From an uncultured Clostridia bacterium (GTDB taxonomy: Bacteria; Bacillota; Clostridia; TANB77; CAG-508), in NCBI GenBank assembly GCA_947631225.1, contig CANRKM010000054.1:1-48867 (forward strand): a stretch of 48,867 nucleotides of DNA, read 5' to 3'. This document shows, in pieces, positions 1 through 8,846 of the stretch; position 1 is the first letter of the stretch; the number at the start of each line of letters is the position of its first letter. A program made the position numbers and the translations under genes. The notes below the pieces were generated by a model, which was given only the letters and a program-made list of their open reading frames with translations, was not told the origin of the DNA and made no database searches.

Positions 1-144
1 ATTCAAAATATAATCTACGATTTCTTGACTACTCATATTGTTTCCAATTTTAGATTTTTTAATCATATTTTTATAAATAATTATTCCTGCACTCATAATT
101 AGAACAATTATAAAAAAACAAAATAATTTTTTACTTATCTTCAT
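1..144 (-). CDS. hypothetical membrane-anchored protein, N-terminal 48 codons only (the rest of the gene lies beyond the left edge)
   Basis: ATG at 142-144 with AGGAG at 155-159 (minus strand). My translation MKISKKLFCFFIIVLIMSAGIIIYKNMIKK... has one TM helix. It is too short to appear in the ORF track. Confidence 0.4.
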   Translation of the reverse strand, partial: MKISKKLFCFFIIVLIMSAGIIIYKNMIKKSKIGNNMSSQEIVDYILN

Positions 145-262
145 AAATTTAATTCTCCTTTTTTTTAATTTAAAATTAATATTTCTATTAAATAATATAT
201 TTTAATTAATAGGAAATTAATTTTCTTTTACATTTTTATTCAGAGAATTAAATTTATATACA

Positions 263-832
263 TTAATTTTCTATTATTTCTATTCCTTGAATACATCTTC
301 TGTATTCTGGCTCATTTTCTACACATGTTATTAGCGTTATTTTATTTTCGTCAGATTTTTCTAAATAACTCCAATCTGAGTTTTCAATAATTTCTATTTT
401 ATTAACAATATATATTTTTTTAAAATCTTTGTATGTGTAAATAATTTTGTCATCCATTTTAAGTTTCTTTAAATCTTTAAAAAAATTATTTTCATACCCT
501 CTATTATGTGCAGCCAATCCTACATTACCATTTTGTAAATCAGTATCTGTGAAATGACCTACTTTTGTACTCAAAATATCTAAATTTGTACCCTCTGCAA
601 TGGGAGCAATTAAATTAATTGCTGGAATCTCTATATACCATTCCCCTAAGCTTTGTGGTAAACTTTTAATATCTTCTTTCTCTTCTTTCTGCTCTTCTAT
701 AATTGATATTACCTCTTGAATTTGGCTTATTGGATTCTTTTCTTTTTCAAAAAAAATAAAATTGAAAATTGAAAAAATTACAATCGCTATAATTAAACTA
801 ATCGTGTTTATAATTTTATTTGTGTATAACAT
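263..832 (-). CDS. sortase family transpeptidase
   Basis: 189 aa with an N-terminal TM anchor. It has the His motif GLAAHN, the catalytic-Cys motif TLITC and a downstream Arg (YRRC), which is the typical sortase architecture. Confidence 0.85.
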   Translation of the reverse strand: MLYTNKIINTISLIIAIVIFSIFNFIFFEKEKNPISQIQEVISIIEEQKEEKEDIKSLPQSLGEWYIEIPAINLIAPIAEGTNLDILSTKVGHFTDTDLQNGNVGLAAHNRGYENNFFKDLKKLKMDDKIIYTYKDFKKIYIVNKIEIIENSDWSYLEKSDENKITLITCVENEPEYRRCIQGIEIIEN

Positions 833-865
833 TGATTTTAAAATATATTGAAATAAATTTATATA

Positions 866-910
866 ATAATATCACAATTTACATAATTTGTAAAGAAAAA
901 CATTTCGACA
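866..910 (-). promoter_or_regulatory. sigma-A-type promoter for the sortase gene with an upstream Spo0A-box-like TGTCGAA
   Basis: On the minus strand, TTTACA (889-894), a 17-nt spacer and TATTAT (866-871). TGTCGAA lies at 904-910. Confidence 0.4.
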
Positions 911-1084
911 TTTTTTTACAAATTTCTCCAAATAGATTTTTAACTAAACAATTTCAAAATTAACTAAAATACAAATCAAAAATCGTAAATTTAAAAATTA
1001 AAATATATAAATAAAGAATATTAAAAATTTTAAAAATAATAAATTAATATAAAAATAAAATGCTATACTTTCGTATAACATTTT

Positions 1085-2488
1085 TTAAAAATATTTTTTT
1101 AATTCTTCAACTATTTCAAATAATTTCATTCCATTTGATGCTTTAAATAAAACCACATCTCCATTTTTTATATAATTTTTTAAATTATTTAATAAATTAT
1201 TTCTATTGTCAAATATAAAAATATTATCTTTATTAAATCCTAGACGCATAGCTTCCTCTGAAATATATTTTGCTTCATCTCCTATTACAAATAATTTATC
1301 TATATAATTCTCGTAAACAACTTTTCCAACATCTCTATGCAATTTTTCAGAAAATTTACCTAATTCAAACATATCTCCTAAAACAGCAATTTTTCTTTTA
1401 GCATTCATATTTTTTAAACTTAAAATTGATGCTTTTGTAGATTCGTAACTTGCATTATAACTATCGTTTATTAAAGTTATATTATTTTTTAAATAATTTA
1501 CTTCCATTCTTTTAGCAGTTAATTTAAAATTTTTAATTCCTTCTATTATTTGTTCATTATTTAGTCCTAGTAATTTACCAACAGCAGTCGCACATAATGC
1601 ATTTAATATAAAATGTTCTCCTCCTACAGGCACCGAAATATTTATCTTTTCCATTTTATTTTCACATATAAAATTACTGCCATTTTCATTTAACTCTATA
1701 TTGGTTGCTTGAAATTCACTTTTTTCTTTTATTCCAAATGTATGTATTTCTATATTTTCATTATTTTCCATGTTCCATTTATTTAGTAGATCATTATCAT
1801 TATTTATTACTAATAACTTTTTATCCATTCCATCTAAAATTTCTAATTTAGCTTTTAAAATATTTTCACGTGATCCTAAATTACCTATATGAGAAGTACC
1901 GATATTTGTTATAACTGAAATATTAGGTTTTGCAATTTTTGTTAAATAACTAATTTCGCCTAAATGATTCATTCCCATTTCTATAACCAAAACTTCTTCA
2001 TCTTTTAGTTTTAAAATTGTAAGTGGAAGACCAATTTTATTATTATTGTTCCCTTCTGTTTTTAGTGTTTTATATTTTTGTGAAATTACATTTGCAATAA
2101 CATCTTTCGTACTTGTTTTTCCTACACTCCCTGTAATTCCTATTACTTTTATTTTACTTTTATACAATTCTCTTTTATATGTAGCCATTTGCCCTAAAGC
2201 AATAACAGTATCTTCAACTTGAATTATATTTTTATTTTGATTTTTATATTTTTCTATATCTTCTCTTGATAAATCAATTTTATTTATTAAAACTGTATCT
2301 GCCCCTTTATCAAAAGCTTCTTTATAAAATGAATTTCCATCATAATTTTCTCCTTTTATAGCAATATATGTATCACCTTTCTCTATTTTTCTTGTGTCTT
2401 TAGAATACTTTTCACATACTTTATTTTTATTTCCAATTATTAATTTTCCATTAGTACAATTTAATATATCCTCTATTTTTAAATCCAT
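1085..2488 (-). CDS. murF: UDP-N-acetylmuramoyl-tripeptide--D-alanyl-D-alanine ligase
   Basis: 467 aa with the Mur ligase P-loop GITGSVGKTSTK, a central domain motif NIGTSHIG and C-terminal LGDMFELG, as in MurF. Confidence 0.9.
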   Translation of the reverse strand: MDLKIEDILNCTNGKLIIGNKNKVCEKYSKDTRKIEKGDTYIAIKGENYDGNSFYKEAFDKGADTVLINKIDLSREDIEKYKNQNKNIIQVEDTVIALGQMATYKRELYKSKIKVIGITGSVGKTSTKDVIANVISQKYKTLKTEGNNNNKIGLPLTILKLKDEEVLVIEMGMNHLGEISYLTKIAKPNISVITNIGTSHIGNLGSRENILKAKLEILDGMDKKLLVINNDNDLLNKWNMENNENIEIHTFGIKEKSEFQATNIELNENGSNFICENKMEKINISVPVGGEHFILNALCATAVGKLLGLNNEQIIEGIKNFKLTAKRMEVNYLKNNITLINDSYNASYESTKASILSLKNMNAKRKIAVLGDMFELGKFSEKLHRDVGKVVYENYIDKLFVIGDEAKYISEEAMRLGFNKDNIFIFDNRNNLLNNLKNYIKNGDVVLFKASNGMKLFEIVEELKKYF

Positions 2489-2564
2489 GTTGTTCCTCCT
2501 AAATTTTTTTATATTATATTATTAAAATATTAAAATTACAATATTTTTATGCAATTTATACATA

Positions 2565-2628
2565 AAAATATCTCCAATGGATAATAACTTTTTAGAGTTT
2601 ATTCCATTGGAGATATTTTTATATTTTC
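2565..2628. terminator. bidirectional rho-independent terminator between the SASP gene and murF
   Basis: Perfect inverted repeat aaaaatatctccaatgga / tccattggagatattttt (2565-2582 and 2603-2620), with T-runs on both strands. Confidence 0.6.
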
Positions 2629-2659
2629 AATTTTACTAACAATACGAAAATAAAAATAA

Positions 2660-2833
2660 CTATTCTACACTTCTATTTGCTATTTCAATAGCTTTACTTA
2701 TTATATTTCCGCATGTTTTAGAAGATACATTTGCCCAGCTTCCTCCGTCTTGTTTTACCTGATCATATACACCTAACTCTTTTGCAATTTCCTCTTTTAA
2801 ATTCTCAGACATTAACTTACTGTTCCTAGACAT
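2660..2833 (-). CDS. alpha/beta-type small acid-soluble spore protein
   Basis: 57-aa ORF below the track cut-off: MSRNSKLMSENLKEEIAKELGVYDQVKQDGGSWANVSSKTCGNIISKAIEIANRSVE. It carries the two SASP signature blocks (K-E-[IV]-A-x-E-L-G-V and S-x-x-C-G-x...K). RBS AAGGGGGA precedes the ATG and its own terminator follows. Confidence 0.8.
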   Translation of the reverse strand: MSRNSKLMSENLKEEIAKELGVYDQVKQDGGSWANVSSKTCGNIISKAIEIANRSVE

Positions 2834-3003
2834 TTTTTAATCCCCCTTTATAGATAAAATTAAAATAAAATTTATCTATAAAAATATTATTTACGTTTTT
2901 TTATTTAATATTAAAAAAATTTTTGGTTATTTTGGAAAAATTTATATTATTTTAAATCATCGCATGCAGATAATGATGCCTTTTTCCTCCGTCCCCAAAA
3001 TCA

Positions 3004-4353
3004 TCACATAGTCAATGTTCCATTTGGAGTATTGTAAATTACTAATATATCTTCTTCTATTCCAGTTTTAGCATTAACATATACTAAAAATTCGGTTTCT
3101 TCAACTTTTCCTTTAAATTCGTAGCATAATATCTCAGTTTGGTATTCCGTAGGTATTATTGCCAATCCTTCACTTTGAATATTTAAATTTTTACTTAGGT
3201 TTTCCTTGGCCTTTTCGATTGTTACTATATCTTTAGATATTATTCTTTCAGTGTGATTATTTAAATATCCTGTTGTTTCAAATCCCATTATTTCTGAATT
3301 ATCTAACGCTATTTTTACTTTTATTAAATCAGGGTATATTACAACATTATCTTGTGAATATGCAAAATTTATAGTAACAATTCCATTTTCATTTAAATAA
3401 TAGGTCTCTTTCATATTAGTAAATCCCTGACTATTTAAAAATTCTATTGCTTTATTTTTTGCTTCTTCATAATTTATTTTTTCTTCTTGTATTTCTCTAT
3501 TGCAGTTGCTATACACAATATGTCCACCTATTTTTGAAATTGCAATTGATACATTTTCTTCATTATTTGTTTTTACATTAAAATTATATGCTATTATAGA
3601 AGAATTTTGAGTTTCGCCTTGACTCGAGATTTCTTGAACATTTTCTTCACCAAGAAAACTTTTAATTTTGTTTTTCGCATCTTCTTCTGATATTTCCTCT
3701 CCCGTAAGTCCTTTTGGATTTGCATTTGTTAAATGCTCTGAAAATGCTCCATCATATATTAATCCTGAATATTCATGAAAATTTTCTTCGAGTGAATTAA
3801 ATACATCCATATTTGTACTTACTGCTTGAGCAAATTGGTCATCTTCTTTTGAAGTTAAGTCTTTCCATGTAATTGTACCTTTTTCTAAATCTGTATTTAA
3901 TTGATTTAAAACATTTTCTAATTCTATGCTATATGAATGTAAGTCTTGTAAATTTTTTATTTCTTCTTCGTTTAAATCTTCTCCTTTTATATTTTTTCTC
4001 GATAATGAATAACTATAATCACTAACTTGGTTTAAAAATTTTTCTGTTTTTTCTAATTCCTGACTCTCTATTGGAAGTCTTGCTAAATATGTTTGAGCAA
4101 GATTTGCTTCTCTCCATAAATAAGTTAATGTTTCAGCTCCATAACTACTGCTTTTTGATATTGTAGCTTTGGCGAGATATGTTTCAACATTTTGTACATA
4201 ATTTAATAATTCATAAAAATTATTATTATATAGATTTTCACTAACTAATTGAGTTTCATTATTTTTTTTATATAAAAGATATCCTAAAATAGCTATAGCT
4301 CCAATTAAAGCTATAATTATAATCCACATTATAATTTTTTTATTATTTTTCAT
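3004..4353 (-). CDS. ypeB: germination protein YpeB
   Basis: About 449 aa with an N-terminal TM helix and a long ectodomain with PepSY-like C-terminal repeats, which is the YpeB size and architecture. I prefer the ATG at 4351-4353 (RBS AGGAAGGAAAG) over the track's upstream TTG. Confidence 0.7.
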   Translation of the reverse strand: MKNNKKIIMWIIIIALIGAIAILGYLLYKKNNETQLVSENLYNNNFYELLNYVQNVETYLAKATISKSSSYGAETLTYLWREANLAQTYLARLPIESQELEKTEKFLNQVSDYSYSLSRKNIKGEDLNEEEIKNLQDLHSYSIELENVLNQLNTDLEKGTITWKDLTSKEDDQFAQAVSTNMDVFNSLEENFHEYSGLIYDGAFSEHLTNANPKGLTGEEISEEDAKNKIKSFLGEENVQEISSQGETQNSSIIAYNFNVKTNNEENVSIAISKIGGHIVYSNCNREIQEEKINYEEAKNKAIEFLNSQGFTNMKETYYLNENGIVTINFAYSQDNVVIYPDLIKVKIALDNSEIMGFETTGYLNNHTERIISKDIVTIEKAKENLSKNLNIQSEGLAIIPTEYQTEILCYEFKGKVEETEFLVYVNAKTGIEEDILVIYNTPNGTLTM

Positions 4354-4557
4354 ATTTACTTTCCTTCCTATAAATACCAACTTTTATTATTAGTTGATAT
4401 CTTAAATAATTATATCGCAATTTTATTTTGCATTAAATTATAAAAAATATTCCATTTTTTTAATTTTTGTGATATTATATAAATCAGTAAATGCATTTTG
4501 ATTTTTGAATAATTATTATTTTATTGAAAATTATATATAGTGAAGGATGTAGATTTT

Positions 4558-5686
4558 ATGAAAAAAATAATAATATCATACGCATCATATGGTGGAGGAC
4601 ATTTATCAGCTGCAAAAAATTTAAAAGAATATATAGAAGAAAATTACCCTGATTGTGAAGTTTTTTTATTTGACTGTATGAAATATGTTAATAGAGTAAT
4701 TGATAAAGTTTGTGGAACAACCTATTCACAAATTACTAAAAATATACCTTGGTTTTGGGGCAAAATATATTATCACACTCAAGACCCAGTTTTTGAAAAA
4801 ATATTATCTATGTCAAATAAAGTTTTATGTTTTAAATTAGGTAGACTATTAAAAAAAGTTAATCCAGACATTATAATCTCTACTCATTTTTTTGTAGGAC
4901 ATATGTGCTCAATATTAAAACAAAAAGGAAAAATTACATCAAAGCTTGCAACAGTAATTACAGATTATGGTGATGACCCATATAATGAGTGGATTGTGGG
5001 TCACGAATATATAGACTATTTTTTTGTAGCTCATAGTGAAATAAAAAATAAATTAATAGAAAAAGGTGTTGATTCTAAAAAAATATTTGATACAGGAATT
5101 CCTGTGTCTCACAAATTTTTAGTTAAATACAATAAAGAACAAATTTTAAAAGAATATAATTTTTCTAAAGATAAAAAAACAATATTATTCTTCGGTGGAG
5201 GAGAGCTTGGCTTAGGGAAATCTAGAACTCTAGAAGTATTTGAAATTTTAGCTGAGCATTTTAATAATATACAAATTATTGCTATAGCTGGAAAAAATGA
5301 AACTTTAAAAAGTAATTTTGAAAAAATTGTAGCCCAATATAAAAGGGATCAAGATATAAAGATTTTGGGATTTACAGATAGAGTAGCAGAGTTTATGAGT
5401 ATTTCTGATTTTGTTATAACAAAACCTGGAGGCTTAACTTCAACTGAAAGCTTAGTTTCTAATTTACCTATTATTGCTATAAACCCTATTCCACGGTCAA
5501 GAAGAAGAAAATGCAAAATTTTTAGAAGAGAATGGAGCAGCTATTTGGCTAAAAAAATCTGATGATATTTATTTTACTTTAAATATTATATTAAATAGTG
5601 AAAATAAATTTATAGAAATGAAAAATAATATATTATCTATTGCTAAACCTAATTCTACCAAAGATATTTGTAATATACTTTTATAA
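4558..5686 (+). CDS. GT28 monoglycosyl/diglucosyl-diacylglycerol synthase (UgtP/MGDG-synthase-like), frame interrupted at an in-frame CGG (5494-5496)
   Basis: N-terminus is SYASYGGGHLSAAKNL. The 0 frame reads ...AINPIP RSRRRKCKIF... and stops at 5562. The +1 frame from 5495 reads GQEEENAKFLEENGAAIWLKK...NILL* (stop 5684-5686), restoring the conserved P-G-Q-E-E-x-N motif of the family. Confidence 0.8.
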
Positions 5687-5693
5687 GTTCACC

Positions 5694-5733
5694 AAAAAAA
5701 ACACCTCTCATATTATAATAAGAGGTGTTTTTC
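5694..5733 (+). terminator. hairpin plus T-run after the glycolipid synthase gene; its 3' arm contains the RBS of the next ORF
   Basis: Stem aaaaaaacacctct (5694-5708) pairs with agaggtgttttt (5721-5732). GAGGTG lies 7 nt before the ATG at 5735. Confidence 0.55.
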
Positions 5734-5734
5734 T

Positions 5735-5926
5735 ATGTCTATTTCTAATTTTTCTTATTGCAATCTTATAGGTCTTGCAAGTAGTCTTGCCATTTTAATT
5801 GCACAAGACTTAAGCAATGAAGACATTGGAATTTTATCAGCCTTTTTTTCGGCTTTAGGAGATAATTTAGCAATTATAACAGCAACTCCTTTAAATTCTA
5901 CTCAAAATTCTACATCATCTTCTTAG
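5735..5926 (+). CDS. small hypothetical protein (resembles small clostridial proteins of the C-x-L...LGD-x-LA-x-I type)
   Basis: 63 aa with RBS GAGGTG. The pattern YCNLIGLASSLAILIAQDLSNEDIGILSAFFSALGDNLAII recalls a small Clostridia-specific family from memory only; this was not verified. Confidence 0.5.
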   Translation: MSISNFSYCNLIGLASSLAILIAQDLSNEDIGILSAFFSALGDNLAIITATPLNSTQNSTSSS

Positions 5927-5949
5927 CTTTATAAATATGTATTTAATAG

Positions 5950-6550
5950 TTACATTTCTCTTCTACCTTCTAAAGCTTTAGTTAAAGTAACTTCATCCGT
6001 ATATTCTAAATCTCCTCCAACAGGAATTCCATGTGCAATACGAGATACTTTAATCCCTAATGGTTTAATTAATTTAGATAAATACATTGCAGTTGCTTCT
6101 CCTTCAACTCTTGGATTTGTTGCAAGAATTACTTCTTTTACTTTCCCTTCCATAAGTCTTGCTAATAATTCTTTTATTTTTATATCATCAGGTCCAACTC
6201 CATTCATTGGGGAAATAGAACCATGTAATACATGATAAACTCCTTTAAACTCATGTGTTCTTTCCATTGCAGCAACATCTCTTACATCTTCTACAACACA
6301 TATAGAATCTTGATTTCTCTTAGGGCTTGAACATATTGGACACGGATCTGTATCTGTAATATTAAAGCATTTACTGCAATATTTTAAATTCTTTTTTGCT
6401 GTAATAATTGAATTTAAAAATTCATTTGTTTGTTCTTCGTTCCAATTTAAAACATGAAAAGCAAGTCTTGCTGCTGTTTTATGCCCGAATGCTTGGAAGT
6501 CTTTCAAAACTTTCTATTAATTTTTCTATGGATGGTGCATATTCTGACAT
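5950..6550 (-). CDS. recR: recombination protein RecR, frame interrupted at an in-frame CGG (6485-6487)
   Basis: ATG at 6548-6550 with RBS AGGAGA gives [21 protein letters not shown], then CGG GCA TAA. Skipping the C (complement of 6487) continues [15 protein letters not shown]..., with a C4 zinc finger CSKC...CPIC and a Toprim region. The total of about 199 aa is RecR length. Confidence 0.85.
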
Positions 6551-6612
6551 TTCTTTCTCCTTAAATATTTACTTAAAGAATAAGCGTGCATAATTAACAC
6601 ACGCTTTATTTA

Positions 6613-6957
6613 TTACATTATTCCAGGTATATTAAATTTACCCATTGCATCTTGGCTTGCATCATCAACTTTTCTTAAAGCCTCATTTACACAAGTCAAA
6701 ATTAAATCTTGTAACATTTCAACATCTTCTGGGTCAACAACTTCTGGCTTTATTTTTATTTTCTTAAGAGCTTTCGTTCCACTTACAGTTACTTCTATTG
6801 CTCCTCCTCCACTCGATGCTGAAAACTCTTTTTCCGCAAGCTCCTCCTGAGTTTTTGTTAAATCTGCTTGCATTTTTTTTGCTTCTTTCATTAAATTATT
6901 TAGATTCATTCCACCGAATCCTCCCATTCCTCCTGGGAATCCTCCTCTTTTACCCAT
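6613..6957 (-). CDS. ybaB: nucleoid-associated protein YbaB/EbfC
   Basis: 114 aa with a Gly-rich N-terminus, then MKEAKKMQ...GGGAIEVTVSG. It sits in the conserved dnaX-ybaB-recR order. Confidence 0.9.
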   Translation of the reverse strand: MGKRGGFPGGMGGFGGMNLNNLMKEAKKMQADLTKTQEELAEKEFSASSGGGAIEVTVSGTKALKKIKIKPEVVDPEDVEMLQDLILTCVNEALRKVDDASQDAMGKFNIPGIM

Positions 6958-7031
6958 TTTTATATCTCCTTACTAAAATTATTTAGGTTTTTAATAGGTT
7001 ACCAATAAACCTTGTAATGAATTTTATATTT

Positions 7032-8642
7032 TTAAATTACATTAAACGTTAAATCATTATTGCTTTCAATGAACTTTTCAAATTCACTCTCTCTATCATT
7101 TTTTTCATCTTTAGTATCAACAAATTTAATTTGCATTTCTTTTCCACATGCTAAATGAATAGTTTCTCTTAAATTTTGTTTTATATCTGGTCTATTTAGA
7201 AAATCTTTTGATGCACTATTTAAACCATTTGGAAACTCTATTTGTATAGTCATATCATTAATTTCATATGCCTTTGTTCCTGCTAAATTTATGTACATAA
7301 GCATTTTTTTTTCATTTTTAAAATCTTCTACTATTTTAGGCCAGTAATCTTGTGTTTTCCCTTTATATCTTGGTTTAGGGATAACTTCGCTTTTTTCTTC
7401 TGTTTGAGCTACGTCTTGAGATTTATCTAACTTTGTGCCTTTAGCTTTTCCAAAATTACCAGCTCGTAAAAAATTTTCGATATTTGTTACTCTTCTTTCT
7501 AAATCTGAATTTTGTGTATTCGAATTAAATTTATTATTTGTATCTGTATTTTTTTGAACTTCATCTCTATTACATAATTTTATTAGTCCTGCTTGTAAAA
7601 TTATTAATTTTTGTGAAGATAATTTTACATCATTTTCTATTTGCGATAATTCACAAATTAAATTAATTAGTTCTTGTTTAGATATTTTATCTGAAATTTT
7701 TTTTATGTTTTCAATTTCTTCATTATTGTACATTTCTGTTTTACCTGTTGTTTTATATAAAAGTATATCTTTTACATATTTAATAATTTCCCAAATTAAA
7801 TTATTTATGTCTTTTCCATCTTCTATTACTTCTTGAACATTGTTTAATGTTTTTTCTACATCTTTATCTACAACTGCTTCTATTATATTGTTTATAAATG
7901 TTGTTTTTGGAATTCCAACTAAGTCTTTTACCTTGTCTTCATCAATTTCGTCTTCACCATCTTGGTTACATCTTTCTAAAATTGACAAAGCATCTCTCAT
8001 TCCGCCTTCCGCAAGAATTGCGATTAGTTCTAATGCTTTTTTAGTAATTTTTATATTACTTTCTTTACAAACATATTCTAAATCTTTTATTATATCTTCA
8101 TTTGATATTCTTTTAAAATCAAACCTTTGGCATCTTGAAAGTATTGTTGCAGGTAACTTTTGTGGTTCAGTAGTAGCTAGTATAAATTTTACATGTTCAG
8201 GTGGTTCTTCTAATGTTTTTAATAATGCATTAAATGCACCTATTGACAACATATGAACTTCATCTATTATATATACCCTATATTTGGCTTTTGTAGGCAG
8301 AAAATTCACAGCCTCTCTTATGCTCCTTACATCTTCAACACTATTGTTTGATGCTGCATCCATTTCTATTATATCTGTTAAAGACCCGTCTAAAGCCCCT
8401 TTACATATTTCGCATTCATTACAAGGCTCCCCATCCTTAGGGTTTAAGCAGTTTACGGCTCTAGCTAAAATTTTTGCTGTTGTAGTTTTTCCCGTTCCTC
8501 TTCCACCATTAAACAAATAAGCGTGTCCTACTCTACCTGATATAAGCTGATTTTTTAAAGTCTTTTTTATATGTTCTTGTCCTACAATTTCTGAAAACTT
8601 TGTAGGTCTAAATTTTCTATAAAGAGCTGTATAACTCAACAC
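7032..8642 (-). CDS. dnaX: DNA polymerase III subunit gamma/tau
   Basis: 536 aa with the N-terminus YRKFRPTKFSEIVGQEH, Walker A GGRGTGKTT, a zinc module CNECEIC, and DEVHML. GTG start follows AAGGAGGTG. Confidence 0.95.
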   Translation of the reverse strand: MLSYTALYRKFRPTKFSEIVGQEHIKKTLKNQLISGRVGHAYLFNGGRGTGKTTTAKILARAVNCLNPKDGEPCNECEICKGALDGSLTDIIEMDAASNNSVEDVRSIREAVNFLPTKAKYRVYIIDEVHMLSIGAFNALLKTLEEPPEHVKFILATTEPQKLPATILSRCQRFDFKRISNEDIIKDLEYVCKESNIKITKKALELIAILAEGGMRDALSILERCNQDGEDEIDEDKVKDLVGIPKTTFINNIIEAVVDKDVEKTLNNVQEVIEDGKDINNLIWEIIKYVKDILLYKTTGKTEMYNNEEIENIKKISDKISKQELINLICELSQIENDVKLSSQKLIILQAGLIKLCNRDEVQKNTDTNNKFNSNTQNSDLERRVTNIENFLRAGNFGKAKGTKLDKSQDVAQTEEKSEVIPKPRYKGKTQDYWPKIVEDFKNEKKMLMYINLAGTKAYEINDMTIQIEFPNGLNSASKDFLNRPDIKQNLRETIHLACGKEMQIKFVDTKDEKNDRESEFEKFIESNNDLTFNVI

Positions 8643-8661
8643 TTACACCTCCTTAAATTTT

Positions 8662-8801
8662 AAAAACGGTGTGAAACTAAATTCTTCTATGGAAGGCACT
8701 CCACATAAAAGTATCTACTTATTGCTGCTTCCTTCCAGACCTGACAAGGTTCGTAGGCTCTTATTGGTTTGCCCTCCATACAAGAATTTAAATCTCATAC
8801 C
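8662..8801 (-). ncRNA. ffs: signal recognition particle RNA (short form, single long hairpin)
   Basis: The minus strand contains the domain IV core GTCAGGTCTGGAAGGAAGCAGC. The 5' segment AAATTCTTGTATGGAGGGC pairs with the 3' segment GTGCCTTCCATAGAAGAATTT, and the RNA ends in a T-run. A TTGTCA-17-TATAAT promoter lies just upstream. It occupies the conserved tadA-ffs-dnaX position. The ends are approximate. Confidence 0.8.
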
Positions 8802-8846
8802 ATTTTAAATTATATAACTTATTTTACTTTTTGACAAGTATTTCGT

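Noticed and set aside
2834-2900. A 12-bp perfect inverted repeat (tttatagataaa / tttatctataaa) just upstream of the SASP start, considered as a regulatory operator or a forespore sigma promoter.
   Set aside because: I could not match a convincing sigma-G or sigma-F -35/-10 pair around it. AT-only palindromes of this size are expected by chance here.
7032-8642. A programmed -1 frameshift in dnaX (tau/gamma), as in E. coli.
   Set aside because: I could not identify an A-AAA-AAG-type heptamer with a downstream hairpin at a suitable position. A-runs are ubiquitous in this genome, so nothing specific can be claimed.
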